Shown here piece after piece: positions 37,301-52,300 of a stretch of DNA of 64,000 nucleotides (position 1 is the stretch's first letter; each line of letters starts with the position of its first letter). This stretch comes from Stylophora pistillata. Lineage: Eukaryota. The notes under the pieces are model-generated. The model was not told the origin of the DNA, made no database searches, and was given only the letters and a program-made list of their open reading frames with translations. Position numbers and translations under genes: made by a program. Where the stretch lies: positions 326,130 to 390,129 of the forward strand of contig NW_019217813.1 of the NCBI RefSeq assembly GCF_002571385.2. Reading direction: 5' to 3'.

Positions 37301-40300
37301 CAGTTCCTCCGCAGATCTGGGGATCGCATGATTTGACTAAAAGCTGGAAGGTCAACGTTTGACTTGCAAAGAGTTTGACAACTGTTTGAGTGACCACAGC
37401 GGTAAAACGATAGTAGAGACTGTACACACCTCCGTACACAACCCGCGTTTCTTTGTGCATTTCTGTATCGATGATTATGATGGGATCTTGAACTGGCAAC
37501 TCTTTTTTTACAAATTCATTAACGTTCCCACTAGTGGCATTTGATCTTCCAAGTTCCTCCAAAACAGTCGTTGGTCTATCTACTGAGGAGACAGAACCAC
37601 CACTCCCCTGAGTTGCATTTTGACTGACACGTAGTTTAGCGCAGGAGCCGCATAAACCATCGACAAGCTGACAGAAATTAGACGTCACTGTTGACTCCAC
37701 GCTCATGTAACGATCTGAGAAGACTGTTTGTATAGTCAAATAGAGTGAGATAACAATCCTATAGGCAGACCTGGAAATAGGCTGAATGCTAATATTATTT
37801 TTTAGCATATCTTTACCTGGCTCTTCGCCTACAATTGTAAGTTCTCCGTTTACATGGACCACTGGAAATGAATCACTCTCGTAGGCCGCGTGGACACTAA
37901 TCGTTAAGTCATTGAACGTCACACCAATGGCATTTAAACAAACGCTGCTTTTCTCGCATGGCACTTGTCGAACTTGCACTTGAAGAATGGAAGAATTGAT
38001 CATTATGAACTCTCCTAATGTTGTGAAGGTAAAGAGTGAGCCATCAAATCCGGTAACATAGCCTCTCTCTAATATAGTACAGACTTTAGACGTATAAGTA
38101 GTCACTGGTGTTTCTGTTGTTGACACTGCCACTGCACATGTTTTTCCGATCCAGCCAGGAGTGCACTTAGAACAATTTTTGCGTTCATCCCAATTTGGCT
38201 GACAGTTACATTCACCACTTATGATATCACACTTCCCATGTCCATAACAGGGGTTTTCCGCACCTCCAGGGCACTTTATAGAACAATTTATTCCCCAGTA
38301 TCCATTCTCACATTTGCAATTGCCATCAGTGAACAGTCCAACAATGCACTTTGTGGAACAGTTTATCCCAACCCAGTCATTATACCGTCCACCCGGGATA
38401 ATATTACAAAGTCCTTGTCCTGGCACACTCGACAAGTTCAAGGCCACTTGGCATTCTTCTGCAAAGGTAGTTGCTATCATAAGAGCTGATTCAGGTGTTC
38501 CTGATGTAGATACCTCAGATATGCAAGCCTCGTAGTAAAATTCGGACCCTCCAGTCACATTAGCGCACTCATTGAATAGTGGGCCTTTCAGGAAAACATC
38601 TGAACATAGTTCTCGCGTCGAGTTGTCTGGCACTATTTCGGAGAGATCTGGCGTGATGAAAACATTGCCTACTTTAATAGCATCTGAAGGGTACCATACT
38701 GGACTCTTCCATGGAGGAGTTGGAAGGCCAAAGTTGAGGGATCCTACTGTAGCCCGACAAATAAATCCACTCCCTTCATTAAACTTCCATAAGAGTACAA
38801 TTCCTGGCGTCTCTGCTTGCAGGTTGGAATTCCAAGTTTGTTGTATGGTAACTGAATCAAATCGCTTATTCCAAAAGCTCAGCTCGTCTATCCAGCCTAC
38901 AAAGCCAGGCAGAGAGAGTGATGCTTTCGTCACCTGCCAAAGAGCAAGGGCCAGGGTACCACCTTCTGCAAATATTCCTACACCGACAAAGAATACTCTC
39001 GATTGAATGATTCCAATAGAGTTTACGAGATAGAACTGCACTTGACCTGAACGCCGCATGTAGACGAAAGATACGTGATTCCAAAGCCCTGTTTCAAGTA
39101 CAAGTTTAGTATCAATGACGGTGGTGCCAAAGTAAATGAAGATTGTTTTGTTTACAGCTATTGCAAATGTTTCAATTAGTGCATATGAGATAATAGTCCC
39201 AGCGTAAACATGTGGATTCTTGGCTTTGACAAAGAACTGGATTGTTACATAATTTCCAGAAAAAATGTTGAGCAGGGGTGCGCTGATTAGTGATGTGCCG
39301 TTGAAGTAAAGACAGCTCCCGGACACACTATTCAGTTGAGGTTCACCCGAAATGTTCAGTATGGGACCAAACGAACTTTCGTTTTGTGGAATAGCCCATG
39401 AGTTCACATAGGAAATCAAGAGTTCTTGAGTTATGTTTGATACATCGTAGGTATCCAAAATTCCTCCAGCGGTACAGTTTGACGGTGGAGCACGTGATCC
39501 TGGGATACGACACCTTCCAAGGAGACCACAGGTTTCCTGGCACAAATCTTTATTCATGGTTATGGATACGTCAAAATGAATTGCAAGGGAATTGATGACA
39601 AAGTTGAAGCCTTCTGGACCAACCACTACGTAAGTGTTGAGCGAAGTTCGTTGAAACATAAATCCTGAAACTCCTAATGAAACTAAGCTATTCTGACTTA
39701 TGGGTGTGCCATTCAGTGTCACCAAAACTTGGCCAGCAACTCCGACGCTGCTGTGGATAGCTAACACGTTCCGTTGTACTACCACTATCACGCACCTCAC
39801 TCATACGTAACTTCCGATTCGTACCTGACGAAACTGGATGCTGAGTCCATAGCGAAACAGGGACAGCACACTGAATTCCCCAGCAACGTTGACATTGATC
39901 TTGATGCCATCTAAGGTCACAATGTAGCCGGTCCCGAAGACTGATGTTACTGGTTGCTGTATTGTCGGTGGTACAACGGCTACCGAACAGTCTTTTCCAA
40001 AGAAACCTAGTGTGCATTGGCTGCAGTCAAGTGCTCCTTGCCATCTCTGTGAACACTTGCATATTCCATTGCTATGTATACAACTTCCATGTCCATTACA
40101 AACGTTCACAAGTCCACCGGGGCATACACCACTACAGGTCTGTCCCCAGAAGCCTGGATCACATTGACATCTTCCATACAGTCCAAGGGGCTGGTAACCA
40201 TAGGGGCAAGGGATATCGCAATTTACTCCTATCCAGTTCGTGAGCCCTGAGTTGCGGAACGCTTCATACGTACACATCTGCCTCGCTGGCCAAATGGTAA

Positions 40301-43300
40301 GGTTAGCTTGGATTTCACAGGCGTCCGCAAAGGCCACCACAACACTAATTCCAAGAGACACTTGATTACTTGAAGCAATTACTCGTAAACATGCTCTAAC
40401 GTAGAAGGCCACTGTTCCACCACCAAGCCCTCCGCACGCAATGCCCAGAGGTGAGTTTTGGATGTGCGTATGGCACCAGGACTCTGCTTCAACTTTCATC
40501 CTGCTCGTACTGAACGTAATCTCAGGGGCTACAGGTAGAATTTTGATGTCAGCGTAACTGAAAACCCATCGTGGAGCCTTTCGAATGGATGGAATGTATA
40601 AGTGCACTCTGCTTACCAAGTCGTGGATGACACTACCCTGACCTTCATTGAACTTCCACAATATTACAATGTATCGCGCAGTGGAAAGGACGTTCACCCC
40701 CCAGCTTTTTGTGACATCTTGCAGGCTAAATTCACGGTTCCAGAAGCGTACTTCATCAATCACTCCAACAAAACCTGGCAAGCTATCGTTTTCTTTGGTG
40801 CTGACTTCCAGAGATGGTATCCATTGCCCAATGGAAATAATGCTTCCTCTGTTGAATATTCCTGCAATCATAGTTCGTGTAGCTAGACGAACAATACCGA
40901 CGGAATTGATGTGATAAATGTAGACTGCTCCTGTAGTATTATAGTAGACAAGAGTAACTTGGTTCCAAGCGTCAACTTGTGGAGAAAGTCCGGTGTCCCA
41001 AATTCCTATTCCTATGCGTACCTTAAGGGTTCCTTCAATAAACAAGGTAAGTGATATCGCTTTGCTGTATGTTAAGAGAACACCTCCCGCGTTTGGGCCA
41101 GAATACATTTTGAAGAGAAGTTCTATTGTGATGGAGGAAGCGTTTATGACATCAGGCATCAGATCGCTACAGATGCCAATACTATTGAACATTAAAGCGT
41201 ACTCAGCACCGGTAACAACTCGTTCTTCTTCATAACCAGCCTTTTGATAAATAAAGAGGCTTTCTACTTTAGAAACTCTCCAAGTATCTTCAAGAGAAGA
41301 CCCAACTGTCACATTGAAGTCGTTATCCCTATTGCCGTCGCAGTTTCCACACAGAGCGTTCGTGCCATTACAAAAGGATTGGTTTACATGACCAGCAATT
41401 ACGAGTCCCCTTCCTACAACACGCAGTTGAAATTTAAGATCTTTTAGTACACTGCTCAGAAGATAGGTGGTTGAAGAAGTCTTCTCTAGGAATACTTCGC
41501 TGGAAATTTGAAGTCTTGTTGAACTATATACTGCTTCCTTCCCATTAACCCAAACAACAGGCTGTTTGCTCTCTTCGTATGGTGCATGGACTGTCACCTT
41601 CCATTCTGATAGGAATGAAAACGCTATCGCACTGATACAACGAGATTCTCCATTATGGCATGGAATTTGTCTAAGCTGGCCATGGAAGTGAATGCTTCGC
41701 ACAAACCAAAATTCACCTACTCCAAAAAAGTTAAAGTGAGCACTGTCGAAGTTTGTAAAATGTCCTCCGAGAAAAGCAGAACACGTCGACAACTGGGTTA
41801 CTGCCACAGCTACTCCGCAATCAGATCCTGTCCAACCAGGCGTACAGTTGGAGCAATCGCCATTTCCTCGCCAGTTCAAATCACACTCACAAGACCCAGT
41901 CTTGACGTCACAGTTGCCATGATCGTTGCAAGGTTTATTTCCACCTCCGGGGCACTCATTGGCACAGTCCTCCCCCCAGTATCCTCGATGGCACACACAT
42001 AAACTGGCATTATTTTTGTCCGCGCTTCCAAACACACACTTCACTGAACAGTCGGGACCAATCCATCGTCGAGGAAGACTTTGAGGTAATTGTTCACAAA
42101 GGCGTTGAGCAGGCCACGAAGAAAGATGTAGAACTGTCATGCAGTAGTCGGCATACGCAATCAGTGAGATATGAGAGGCGTCCAGGGAACTGGAGGACTG
42201 GACATCAAAAAGACAGGCCTTAAAGAAAAACTGGGTAACAGCACGAGACAGAAGCTGTCCACATTGACCTTGTAGATGGGGATGATAAATAAGTTCCAAA
42301 CATCGCTTTTTGGCCAGCAGCTCAAAGGTAATACTAAACTGCACAGATGTACTCACAACCATGGATGGAAACACTTCACGGACATAGGAGAACTGCCACA
42401 TTGGACGACGACTGATGACTTCTGGAAGGTACATATCTGGGGAGCCGGATATCAAATTTGCGATCACTCTGCCTACACCCTCATCAAACAACCAAAGGGC
42501 ACTCAGTGACGGCACTTTTGCTGTAATAACAAGAAGGAAACTCTGGCGAATAATCAAAGTGTCCAGTGAAAAAGACCAGATACGAACTTCATCAATGACT
42601 CCAAAGAAAGGTTGCAGCGGAACACCAGTTATATGTTCGTGTGATATGTGCCAGTGACCAAGCCATAGGGTACCACCCGAGGAAAACATTTCTACGCCAA
42701 TGTATGTCTGCTTGTAATAAAGGTCACCTTGAGCGTTCAGCTGGTAGTAAGTTAGGACTCCTGAAAAAAAAAATAGCAAACAACTGGGTTCAATACCTAC
42801 AAATATCACTTAAGATCTCATTTAATTGACTCAGTTGCACTAATGACAAACTTAAAAGACAAAGCAATATGCATATCCAATTTATTTACCTGTAGAAGCT
42901 CTGTACGCAATAGACACTTGTACCCAAGTTCCAGAAGGTAGTGCAATTCCCATATCATATGAAATTCCACCGAGGAAGATTTTGACTCGGACATCGTTGA
43001 CTAGGGCAAATGTAAATTGATTTGAGTAAGACAGGATTGTACCTCCAGATGAGTACACTTTTACGAACAGTTGAATAGTGAAGTCTTTGCCTTTGACAAA
43101 AGCGTTCAAAGATCCTGTGGAAGCAGTTGTACCATTAAAGCTCAAAGCGTAGCCGTTGGTAGTTATTTCTCGTCGCTCTTTATAGTTCGTGTATCCAAAT
43201 ATAAACAGTGAGTCAAAAGCAGGGACTTGCCACTGCGAACGTAAGTTATTGATTATAATACCTTCTGAAATACTGTTCCCCCAGTACACGGTACCTGTAC

Positions 43301-46300
43301 TGTTTGTAAAGTCATTTACAACGTTTGAGTCACAAGAGGAACAAATTCCAGAGCCAACAAAACACCACTGGGGAGCTGACGTTATTACAAACGAAAGATA
43401 GTCCTGCCATGCTTTCACTCTCAGTAAAATCTTACCAGGCCTGACGATCTCATACACGTCAGGAGAAGTTTTATGAAAACTGAAGTTGTTTTCCATTATT
43501 ACAGATGTCGCATCCGTAAATTTACGATTTAGCCACACCAAAGGCATTCCGGTGCCATTGTACGAAGCTCTAATGGCGATCTCTGTGGAGCCGATTTTCA
43601 CTCCTACTGATGAAATACAGAAAGAGGCATTCATACAAGGTATTTGTCGTACCTGCGCGGTGAACTGATTAGTTTTTATAACGTAGAACTCTCCGTATGT
43701 CCCAAAATTGTAACCTACGCCATCAAACGTTGTGTAATGAGTTGCTCCAAAACCTTGGCAAGTAAAGTTTTCTGAGCTGCTCCTATTTCCTCCGAGTGAG
43801 ACAGAGCAATCCGATCCAATCCATCCTGGACTGCAGACGCTACAATCGTACGTGGTGTTTGATGAAACTGGACAGTTACATGTTCCGATTGAAACATCAC
43901 ATGAGGATTGGCGATTACAGGGCATATTGTTGCCACCTGGGCATTCGCTTGAGCAGTTCAAACCAAAAAATCCTTTCATGCAAAAACACTTGTGCTCATT
44001 GGTACCTGGAAGGCCAAATTTACATTGATGGTCGCAGTCCTTTCCATACCAAACAGGGAAGTTGAAAGCAGGTACCGAATTACAAAGGCTCTGAGCAAAC
44101 CACGAACTGTGTTCTACGATCAATTGATTAAAATCTGACAAAGCCATTAAGGTCCAGTAAGAATGACTATCATCATTGCTCCTCGTAACTGATGTTACAC
44201 ACGACATGTGGTAAAACCATAGTGTCGAGGTAGTCAGAAGAATAAGTTCTGATTTCAACATGGACCCAAAGATAAGGTTGTAACATAACTGCTCTGCACT
44301 CATCCAGGAATTACCGAATCTGAAGCTGTATGCGGTACTAGTGTCTACTGAAAATTGAGGAATTTCAACCGTTGAGAAGACCCACGTTGGTCCTCGCCAG
44401 ATACCCGATTTGAAATATATATGTGCGCCTGATACACAGTCATGCGCGACAATGCCATCGCCTTCATTAAACTTCCAAAGACTTGCAAGGTTTTGAACCC
44501 GCATGGTGCAGCCAATGTTTCCTCTCCAGTTAGCTGAGATAGAAAATGGATCGAGCTTTTGGTTCCAAATTCGTAGTTCGTCAATTTGGCCGATGAATCC
44601 CTCTGTAACAGGTAGTGTCAGTCCACCTGGTGGTGGCATACAGTAACCTAAGGCAAGACTTCCTCCTGGTTGAAAGACATTCACATTACTGGCAATTGGA
44701 AAATTCCGACTGTTTACGCGTTTTCCAGTATCATCCCTGTGATAGAATTGAAGAATTCGCGTGGATAATGACCAGACCAAAGCAATATGATTCCATTGGT
44801 TCGTTTGAATTACCGCCAAAGTATCTAAAATGATATCATCGTAGCGTAACTTGATCTTGCCAGATTCCAGAATTACAGCAAACATGTCTGTGCTGGTGTA
44901 CGAGAGAAGAGTTCCGTTTTCACTCTCAGTGCGAACCATGAACTCAATAGTGATGTCAGATAAAGAGAAGCTGTAGATTTCTTCAGTATGGGCACCCGCG
45001 TTGTTAAAATGTAACGCGTAGCCACCACCATAGAGCTCTCTTTTCTCGTGGTAGTTGTTGATGTCGTAGACGAACAAACTGTCTCCTTCAGTCACTTCCC
45101 AAGACTTTCCATAAATTTCAGTAACGTAAGATTGAGAGACATTCAGTCTTGTAACTATTTTACCATCTCTGCTGTACAGATCATCAAATGAGTTGAGGTT
45201 ACAGTTACCCCACAGTCCCTGGCTTGTTTTACAATACGTTTGGTTGTCTGCACGCAAATGGACATCAAGATATCGGTCGTATAAACGAACGATGAGCCGG
45301 ACACCATAGGAGGATGAAAGCACAAATTGTAACCGGGAGGTCCGTTTGAAAGTAAATCGCTGACTTGCTGGGCCAAATTCAAAACTAACAGAATACACTT
45401 TCTTTCCATTTACAAAAACAAATGGTTCCTTTCGATCGATAAACCTTGAATGCATCAATACCGTGTGTTGTTCAATCCTCACAGCAATGGCATTGACACA
45501 AGAACTCGAAGAAAAGCATGTGACCATTCGAACCTGGACTTCCCATAAATGAGACAATAACAAATGGTATTCTCCGTTTCCCAAGAATTTGTACCCTGCA
45601 CCGTCGATCGTTATAAAGTACCCATGTGCATATGCTGCTGCGGTGTGATTATTTAGATTATGATTGACCACCGAGCAATCAAGACCATACCAATCTGGCG
45701 AGCATGCGGTACAGTTTTCGTCTCCGCGCCAGTTAGGATCACATGAACACAATCCCGTCGTTTTATTACAAAAGCCATTGTTATGACATGGGGCTTGAGG
45801 TCCGCCAGGACAATCAAACTGGCATGCAAAGCCCCAATGTCCATCAAGACAGGAACATGTGTAGTTTTCTCTTGAAACCTAAAGTATTGAATGTCATAGT
45901 ATTAGCTTCATATTTCTATTAACAAGAAACGCAGATGTGAATAGGCTTTATGTTTTGGACTGCAACATGATTTTCATACTGAATCCTTCGTGATTTCGGC
46001 TTGAGCTATTGCAGCATTAGTCCTCTTTCCCATAATCCGTTCGAGCTAAACCGCTTTTATTAGTCTTATGACAACATATCATGTAATTATTCTATAAGAT
46101 AGACATCAATTGGACTTACGTCACTCCCCTGTCCCTCAATGTTGGTACACTTCATGGTATGGAGAAGAGATTGATTTGCTACCGCTGCATTTCTCTCGTT
46201 TGATAGTGGGTACGCTAAAACCCAGGCAATCGGATAGGTGTCTTCCAGCCTGAAGGAAAATGGAAAACAACAAGACTACATTACAGTTCTGGTTGCTGAC

Positions 46301-49300
46301 GTTTTAACTGTGCTGGGATATGTTGAAGCCTTCAATAAACGGTTTCATTCATCTTTAGAAAGATTTGTGTTTGATTAAAAAACCCTTCGCTAGGTTTATC
46401 TCAACCAGAAGTTTCCAACAGTTTTAGAACCATTTAAGTAGCGGAACAACAAGTAATCTCAAAGGACAAAAAAAGGCACATATAACAAATTATTCCTTTT
46501 TTTCATACGTAAATGTGAAAGTTAAATACCAAATTAGTTACGGTAGTATCCTACTTCACGAGCGATATATGTGACTTATATGAATTCAGAGTTAATTATT
46601 ACTAGTAGTGTCAGTTTGTTCATACCTAACTTTAAAAGCTTTTTCGTGTCTGCCAGGTACGAACTTAATAGGCTGACCATAATCTTGGGTTGGTAAAGGA
46701 ACAAGGTTGTTAGTAGTATTGTCTGCACCACTGGTCTTCAGAACAAAACCCTTCAATCCTCCAGGAACAATATCAACGTAAGGTCTGGTGAAAAAGTTGT
46801 CCGCTCCAACACTCACGTATACATTGTGAGGATTTTTGTTGTGGTATCCAAACCAAGCGAAAACTTCGTTAGGGGCGTTCTCGTATAAACAGCTCACAAT
46901 TGGTTCCAGAGGACGTTTACCCCAGTCTCCGTCTAGTTCGTCACGGTATTGTGCATGTGCTGAAAAACAGTCAATATCGCAATTTTCTCCTACATGTGCA
47001 TCATCACACACCGCACAAGATGGCAAACCCCAGCCAAACACACAGTGGTCACAGCTTGTTCCATTCCAATAACCAAAATTTGCATCATTATGGCACGTAC
47101 AAATGTCCTTGTTATGTCCCGTTCCGTTACCATGGACGCAGTAAACGTTGCAGCCAACTGCCCATCCAATGTAATTTGATACGCATTCATCGCATTCTGA
47201 TCCAGTAAACTGAGGCAGACAACGCTCACATGAGCTTCCGTCAAAGCCATGATTACAGACACAGGCTGGAATTCCACCCACCAATGTACAGGTCCCTCTG
47301 TTACTGCACATGGGTTGACCAGGGCAGACAAGCTTTCTGCAGTCATCACCATCAAATCCTTGGTTGCAAAGGCATACCGCCGTGGGAGGAGATCCCTGCT
47401 GCACACAGGCTCCGCGTCCACTACAATCTGGCTCCCCAGGGCAGTCTAATGTTTCGCATGTTTGGCCTTTCCATCCCGAATCACATTCACATCTTTTAGG
47501 ATTCACGTCTTCTCTACAAGTTCCTCGTCCAGAACACTCAGTGTCACAAGCCAGGCCGTTATAGCATGGATCGCACTCGCATATAACGCTGTCTGGTGGG
47601 TTTTCCCTGCCATTTATGCAAGGAAATTCACACGAGGGGCCCATCGTATTGTTTGTGCAGTTCACGCATTTTGGTGGATCAACTCCTCCATAACATGTTC
47701 CTAATGCATTGCAGTCGGGAACACCGTGGCAATCTGGGATATCACAGCCTTCTCCTTTCCATCCATTAAAGCAGTCACATTGTTGTGTAACTAGCAAACA
47801 AACACCGTGATTGGTGCAATCGGCCCCTTGTCCTGGACAACCAACAGTTTCACACTTAGGTCCTCTCCAGCCACTATCACAAACACATTTTTCGTTTTCG
47901 CATTTCCCATGACCATTGCATTCAACACCACAGTCGACCCCAGTGTGGCAACTGTCGCACTTACAAGTATCGCCATCCCCCTTTATAACCGTTCCATTGA
48001 TGCATCTTTGCTCGCAGCCTTCTCCCATATATCCCGAGTCGCAAGAGACACATACTGGGGGATCGTGGTTGATCCCATCACAGACACCATGCCCACTGCA
48101 GTTTCCACCACCTGCACACTTAGGTATGTGACACCCTCTTCCAGACCAACCAGGTCGACAATAACATATACCTAAGGCAGTAATGCATGACCCATGACCG
48201 GAGCAGTCTGATCCCCAACCTGGACAACCTTTGGTGGCACACGTAGGACCGCGCCACCCTTCAAATCCACAGTCACAAGTGTTATTGGTACAGTTTCCAC
48301 GTCCAGAGCACTCCAGGTCGCACGATATACCGCTGTAGCAGTCATTGCACTGGCAAAAGAAGGATCCATCACCCGTTTGCTGCGGAGCACCATGTTCACA
48401 TTTGGTTTCACAAGCTCGGCCCATCCAACCCTTGTCACAAGAACAGAATGATATGGTTGCAAGGCTTTCACACGTACCATGATCGCTGCACATTGGGGTT
48501 CCAGGACAAGCTGGCTCATGACATCCCCGCCCGGCCCATCCTGGATTACAATCACACGTCTGTGTTGCACTGTTACATGTACCACGTCCGGAGCAATCTT
48601 TGTTAAACAAACCTGGACATCCCTTCTTTTCACAGAAATCTCCACGCCAGCCTTCGAAACCACAAAAGCATTTGCCTTCGGAACACGTAGCGTTGTCTCT
48701 AGCAGAACAAAACACATCGCAGCTTAATCCATTAAAACAGGGTTCGCAGTCACAAACTGTAGGATCTACTTGGTTTTGAGTGCCATTTACACAAGGTAAC
48801 TCGCAAGCTATGCCTGCCCAGCCTTGCGCACAGTTACCACAGTAAGGAGTCTCAGCCGGTATACATTGACCTCTATTGTTGCAATCTGGGTCGCCAGGAC
48901 AATCAGTTTGTTCGCAACCAATACCTGAGGATTTAAGAAAAGTCAGATAATTGACTTCAAGGTAAACTTAAACATTTTGAAATACTGTTTATGACTTGTA
49001 ATTCTTGGAATCCTTGGAGATCAAACTCGAACCACTCTCCATAGCTCTTTAAAGAAAGTTTTAGATTCATAGGATTATTTGCAGAGGCCCTTCATGATCA
49101 AATGTATACTGATATGGAGATTGCCCAAAACACAAATTTTAGCCGAGTGGAAAACGCCCTTAATGTGATTTACCGGAGGATTGGTTTCAGAGATATTTAC
49201 CGTTTAACTGCCTTTGACAGAAACCCAAATGGTTACAAAAGCACAATATCTAAATGCAAAGTTCAAACAAAAAGGCCTACCACTCCAGCCGGGATCGCAG

Positions 49301-52300
49301 ATGCACGTTTGTGATGCACTTAAGCACTGGCCATGCCCCGAGCAGTCTTTTTTGTAACCGGGACATCCTTTCTTCTCGCAATAAGTTCCACGCCACCCAT
49401 CAAACCCACAGTCACACTCTCTGTTTTCACAAATTGAGCTGTGGTTTGAGCAGAGCATGTCACAGGCAGGCCCATTGTAGCAATCGTCACAGACGCAAAT
49501 ATGATCAGCAGTTGGTGTGCCAAATTTGCAAGGTTTCTCACAAGCAACACCCATCCATCCCTGCTGGCAGGTGCACTTGGGTGTTTCATTGTCCGTTATG
49601 GGTGGGGTGCACGTACCGCGTCCATTACAGTCCGGATCACCTGGGCAGTCTGGAATGTCGCATGCAGCACCTGACCAGCCTGGAACACATGTACATTCAA
49701 AGGTCGCTCTGTTACAGCTACCATGGTTACTACAGTCGAAAGGCCACCCAGGACAGCTTTCAATTTCACAGACATCTCCTTTGTATCCCAAGGTTTTATC
49801 GCAGACACACTTGTCATTCATGCACTTTCCATTCAGCGAGCACTCGATATTACAGCCCGAACCGGAGAAACAAGGGTGGCAAATGCAACCTGACGAGTTA
49901 CCATAGTTCGTTCCATTAACACAAGGAATTTCACACCTCTCACCGGCCCAATCTGGCTCGCAGTTGCACCGTCGTGGGTTCGAATTACTGCATCTTCCAT
50001 GGCCAGTGCAGATGGGTTCCCCTGGACAATCAGGTGTGCTGCAATCGTCCCCAGCCCAACCTTGAGCGCAAATACATTTTTGAGTGTCCATGCTACAAAA
50101 GCCGTTATTGGGACTGGTACACTGGCCTGGACATCCCGGCAGTTCACAGTATTGTCCCATATGAGCAGTACCTTCTTCTTGGCCACAATCACATTTGTTG
50201 TCGATACATTCTCCAAATCCGGAGCATTCACTTTGGCATCCGCTCCCCGTAAAGCACGGATCACACACACAAATACCATCTTTGGGGTAACCATGGACAC
50301 AGGGGTCGTTGCAAGCAGGACCCATCCAGCCTTGAATGCAGTCCGTGCATTTCGGAGTCACACGATCAGTTGCGTTACAGTTTCCACGACCAAAACAGTT
50401 CGGAACGCCAGGACAGTCAGGGAGATGGCAACCAACACCCGTCCACCCTAAAGAAAGTTTTAAATAGGTTAAAATTACATTCCCCATACTTCAAGAACGC
50501 AGATGAACACCTGTAAGGTGTCTCCTCTTGACAGGAGGACAGCATTTCAACAAGTGTTTGATGATCCCTCGTGCAGGCACAAAAATTTAAGTTACGTTGA
50601 AGCACCTTTTTTTAGTGTTTACAATAATCAATCAAACTTTTGCCAAAATCTCTTCAAAAGTATTTTTCCTTTCTGCTTCCTTTCGAAATCAATTGTGGAG
50701 AATGTTGATTGATAGATAAAATTAAGATGATTGATAGCTATGATGATGAGGTCTATTTTCACAATTTAACGCCTTGCAGTGCAAGTTACAGGGATTTCTA
50801 TAAAGCCCTAAAAACCTTTACTTCAAGGTTTTTAAACGTTATTCAATTAGGGTTGTATACCTTTGCGAAATTTAACTTATACTGGGTTTACTCATCTCAC
50901 CTGGATCACATATGCACTTATGATTTGCACTGTCGCATTTTCCATTTCCACTGCAGTCCTTCCCATTAGATCCTGGACATCCGGGAACTTCACAGAGTGA
51001 TCCACGCCAGCCAGTAAGTTCATCACACTGGCACTTATTTTCCAAGCATGTTCCGTGTCCGGTGCACTCTACATTACATCCACGACCAGTGAAACACGGA
51101 TCACAAACACAGTTTCCACTATCCATTGGAATCTGAGTTCCATTCGTGCAAAGGTCTTCACATGCAGGGCCCATCCACCCAGCAATGCAATTTGTACACT
51201 TAGGAGGATTGTAAGTAATGTTGCAAAAGCCTGTGAGAGTAAACAGAAACTTTTGAAATTAAAACATCAGAGTGACAGCCTTTTGTCAGTACTCTGTATA
51301 CTTGCTTCTCTGTCTTGCTCGTCTGTCTTTCTATCCTGTCTTTTTATGTCTAACCTTACGGATCGTTCTGTTCAGGCTAACAATTAAACTTGGTAGCTTC
51401 AGACAATCGAGCAATACCTATGGCCCACTTATCGTAGAGATCTACAAACGAAACATGTAGCATGCAAGGTTGCTCTTATTGTACAATTCCAATGCTTTTG
51501 TAAGGAATGTCGGAAATTTACGTTGAGGGACTGTTCTGCTCGTTCCAGGAAGCAAACCTTTCGAGAGCCCGCTCGCTTATATCTCAAACAAAAGCAGAGC
51601 GGTTAAATCTTGCCCTTTCACCTTACGAGACGTCAGAGGATTGTTATTAGTATGGAATCTTCCGTTCATATTCCTATAAATAAGTCCTTCGAAAAGATCT
51701 GTCGTTAATGGCTACATTTATAACACGAAAAACCGAAACTTGGGTCGGTATGTTCTGGGAAACTAGAAATCTTTTTTTTTACATCGAAAAGTACTATTTA
51801 ATAGGACAAGATCATTTATTTATTATCGAAACCTGCGTTGTAAAGATTAAAATAGCTGAGAGAACTCCAAAAAAGTCTCGAGGTTTTCTTCAGTCTCACT
51901 TCGTGTCTCAAAGGTCACGAAGAACCCATCCAACAACTCGAAACTCTGCAGAATACTAAACGCACAGTTAAGGCGGTTTAAAAAAACAGTTCAATACAAT
52001 ATCCTAGTGCCGATGTATACACAAGATAATTGAATTTAATCAATAAATCAATAACCTTTAACTGTTCCCACGATTCTTGTTTTACATCAAATCGTTAACA
52101 GTCGATGCAATTCACAGTATTGGGTTTGAGCTTTCACTAAATATTTTTGGTCACGCGATAGGTGAAATTTAAAGCAACAGTGTTAAGTTTAAACTAACAG
52201 GCTATCGATTATGCGCGGTTACTAAGGCTCGGGAGAGTTCGCTATGACTAATTACCACTGTGTCTACAATTGAGTGAATAGCGAGTAAGTGATTTATTTG

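Noticed and set aside
34308-39803. Selenocysteine recoding of the two TGA codons (one at a conserved Cys)
   Set aside because: Three other internal stops are TAA, which Sec insertion cannot decode; I identified no SECIS; TGY-to-TGA is a simple point mutation.
28353-42809. Treating ORFs 39801-42809, 36900-39800, 34776-36890, 34308-34730 and 28353-34268 as separate genes or an operon
   Set aside because: All lie in one frame, are separated by single stop codons in mid-domain, and lack signal peptides.
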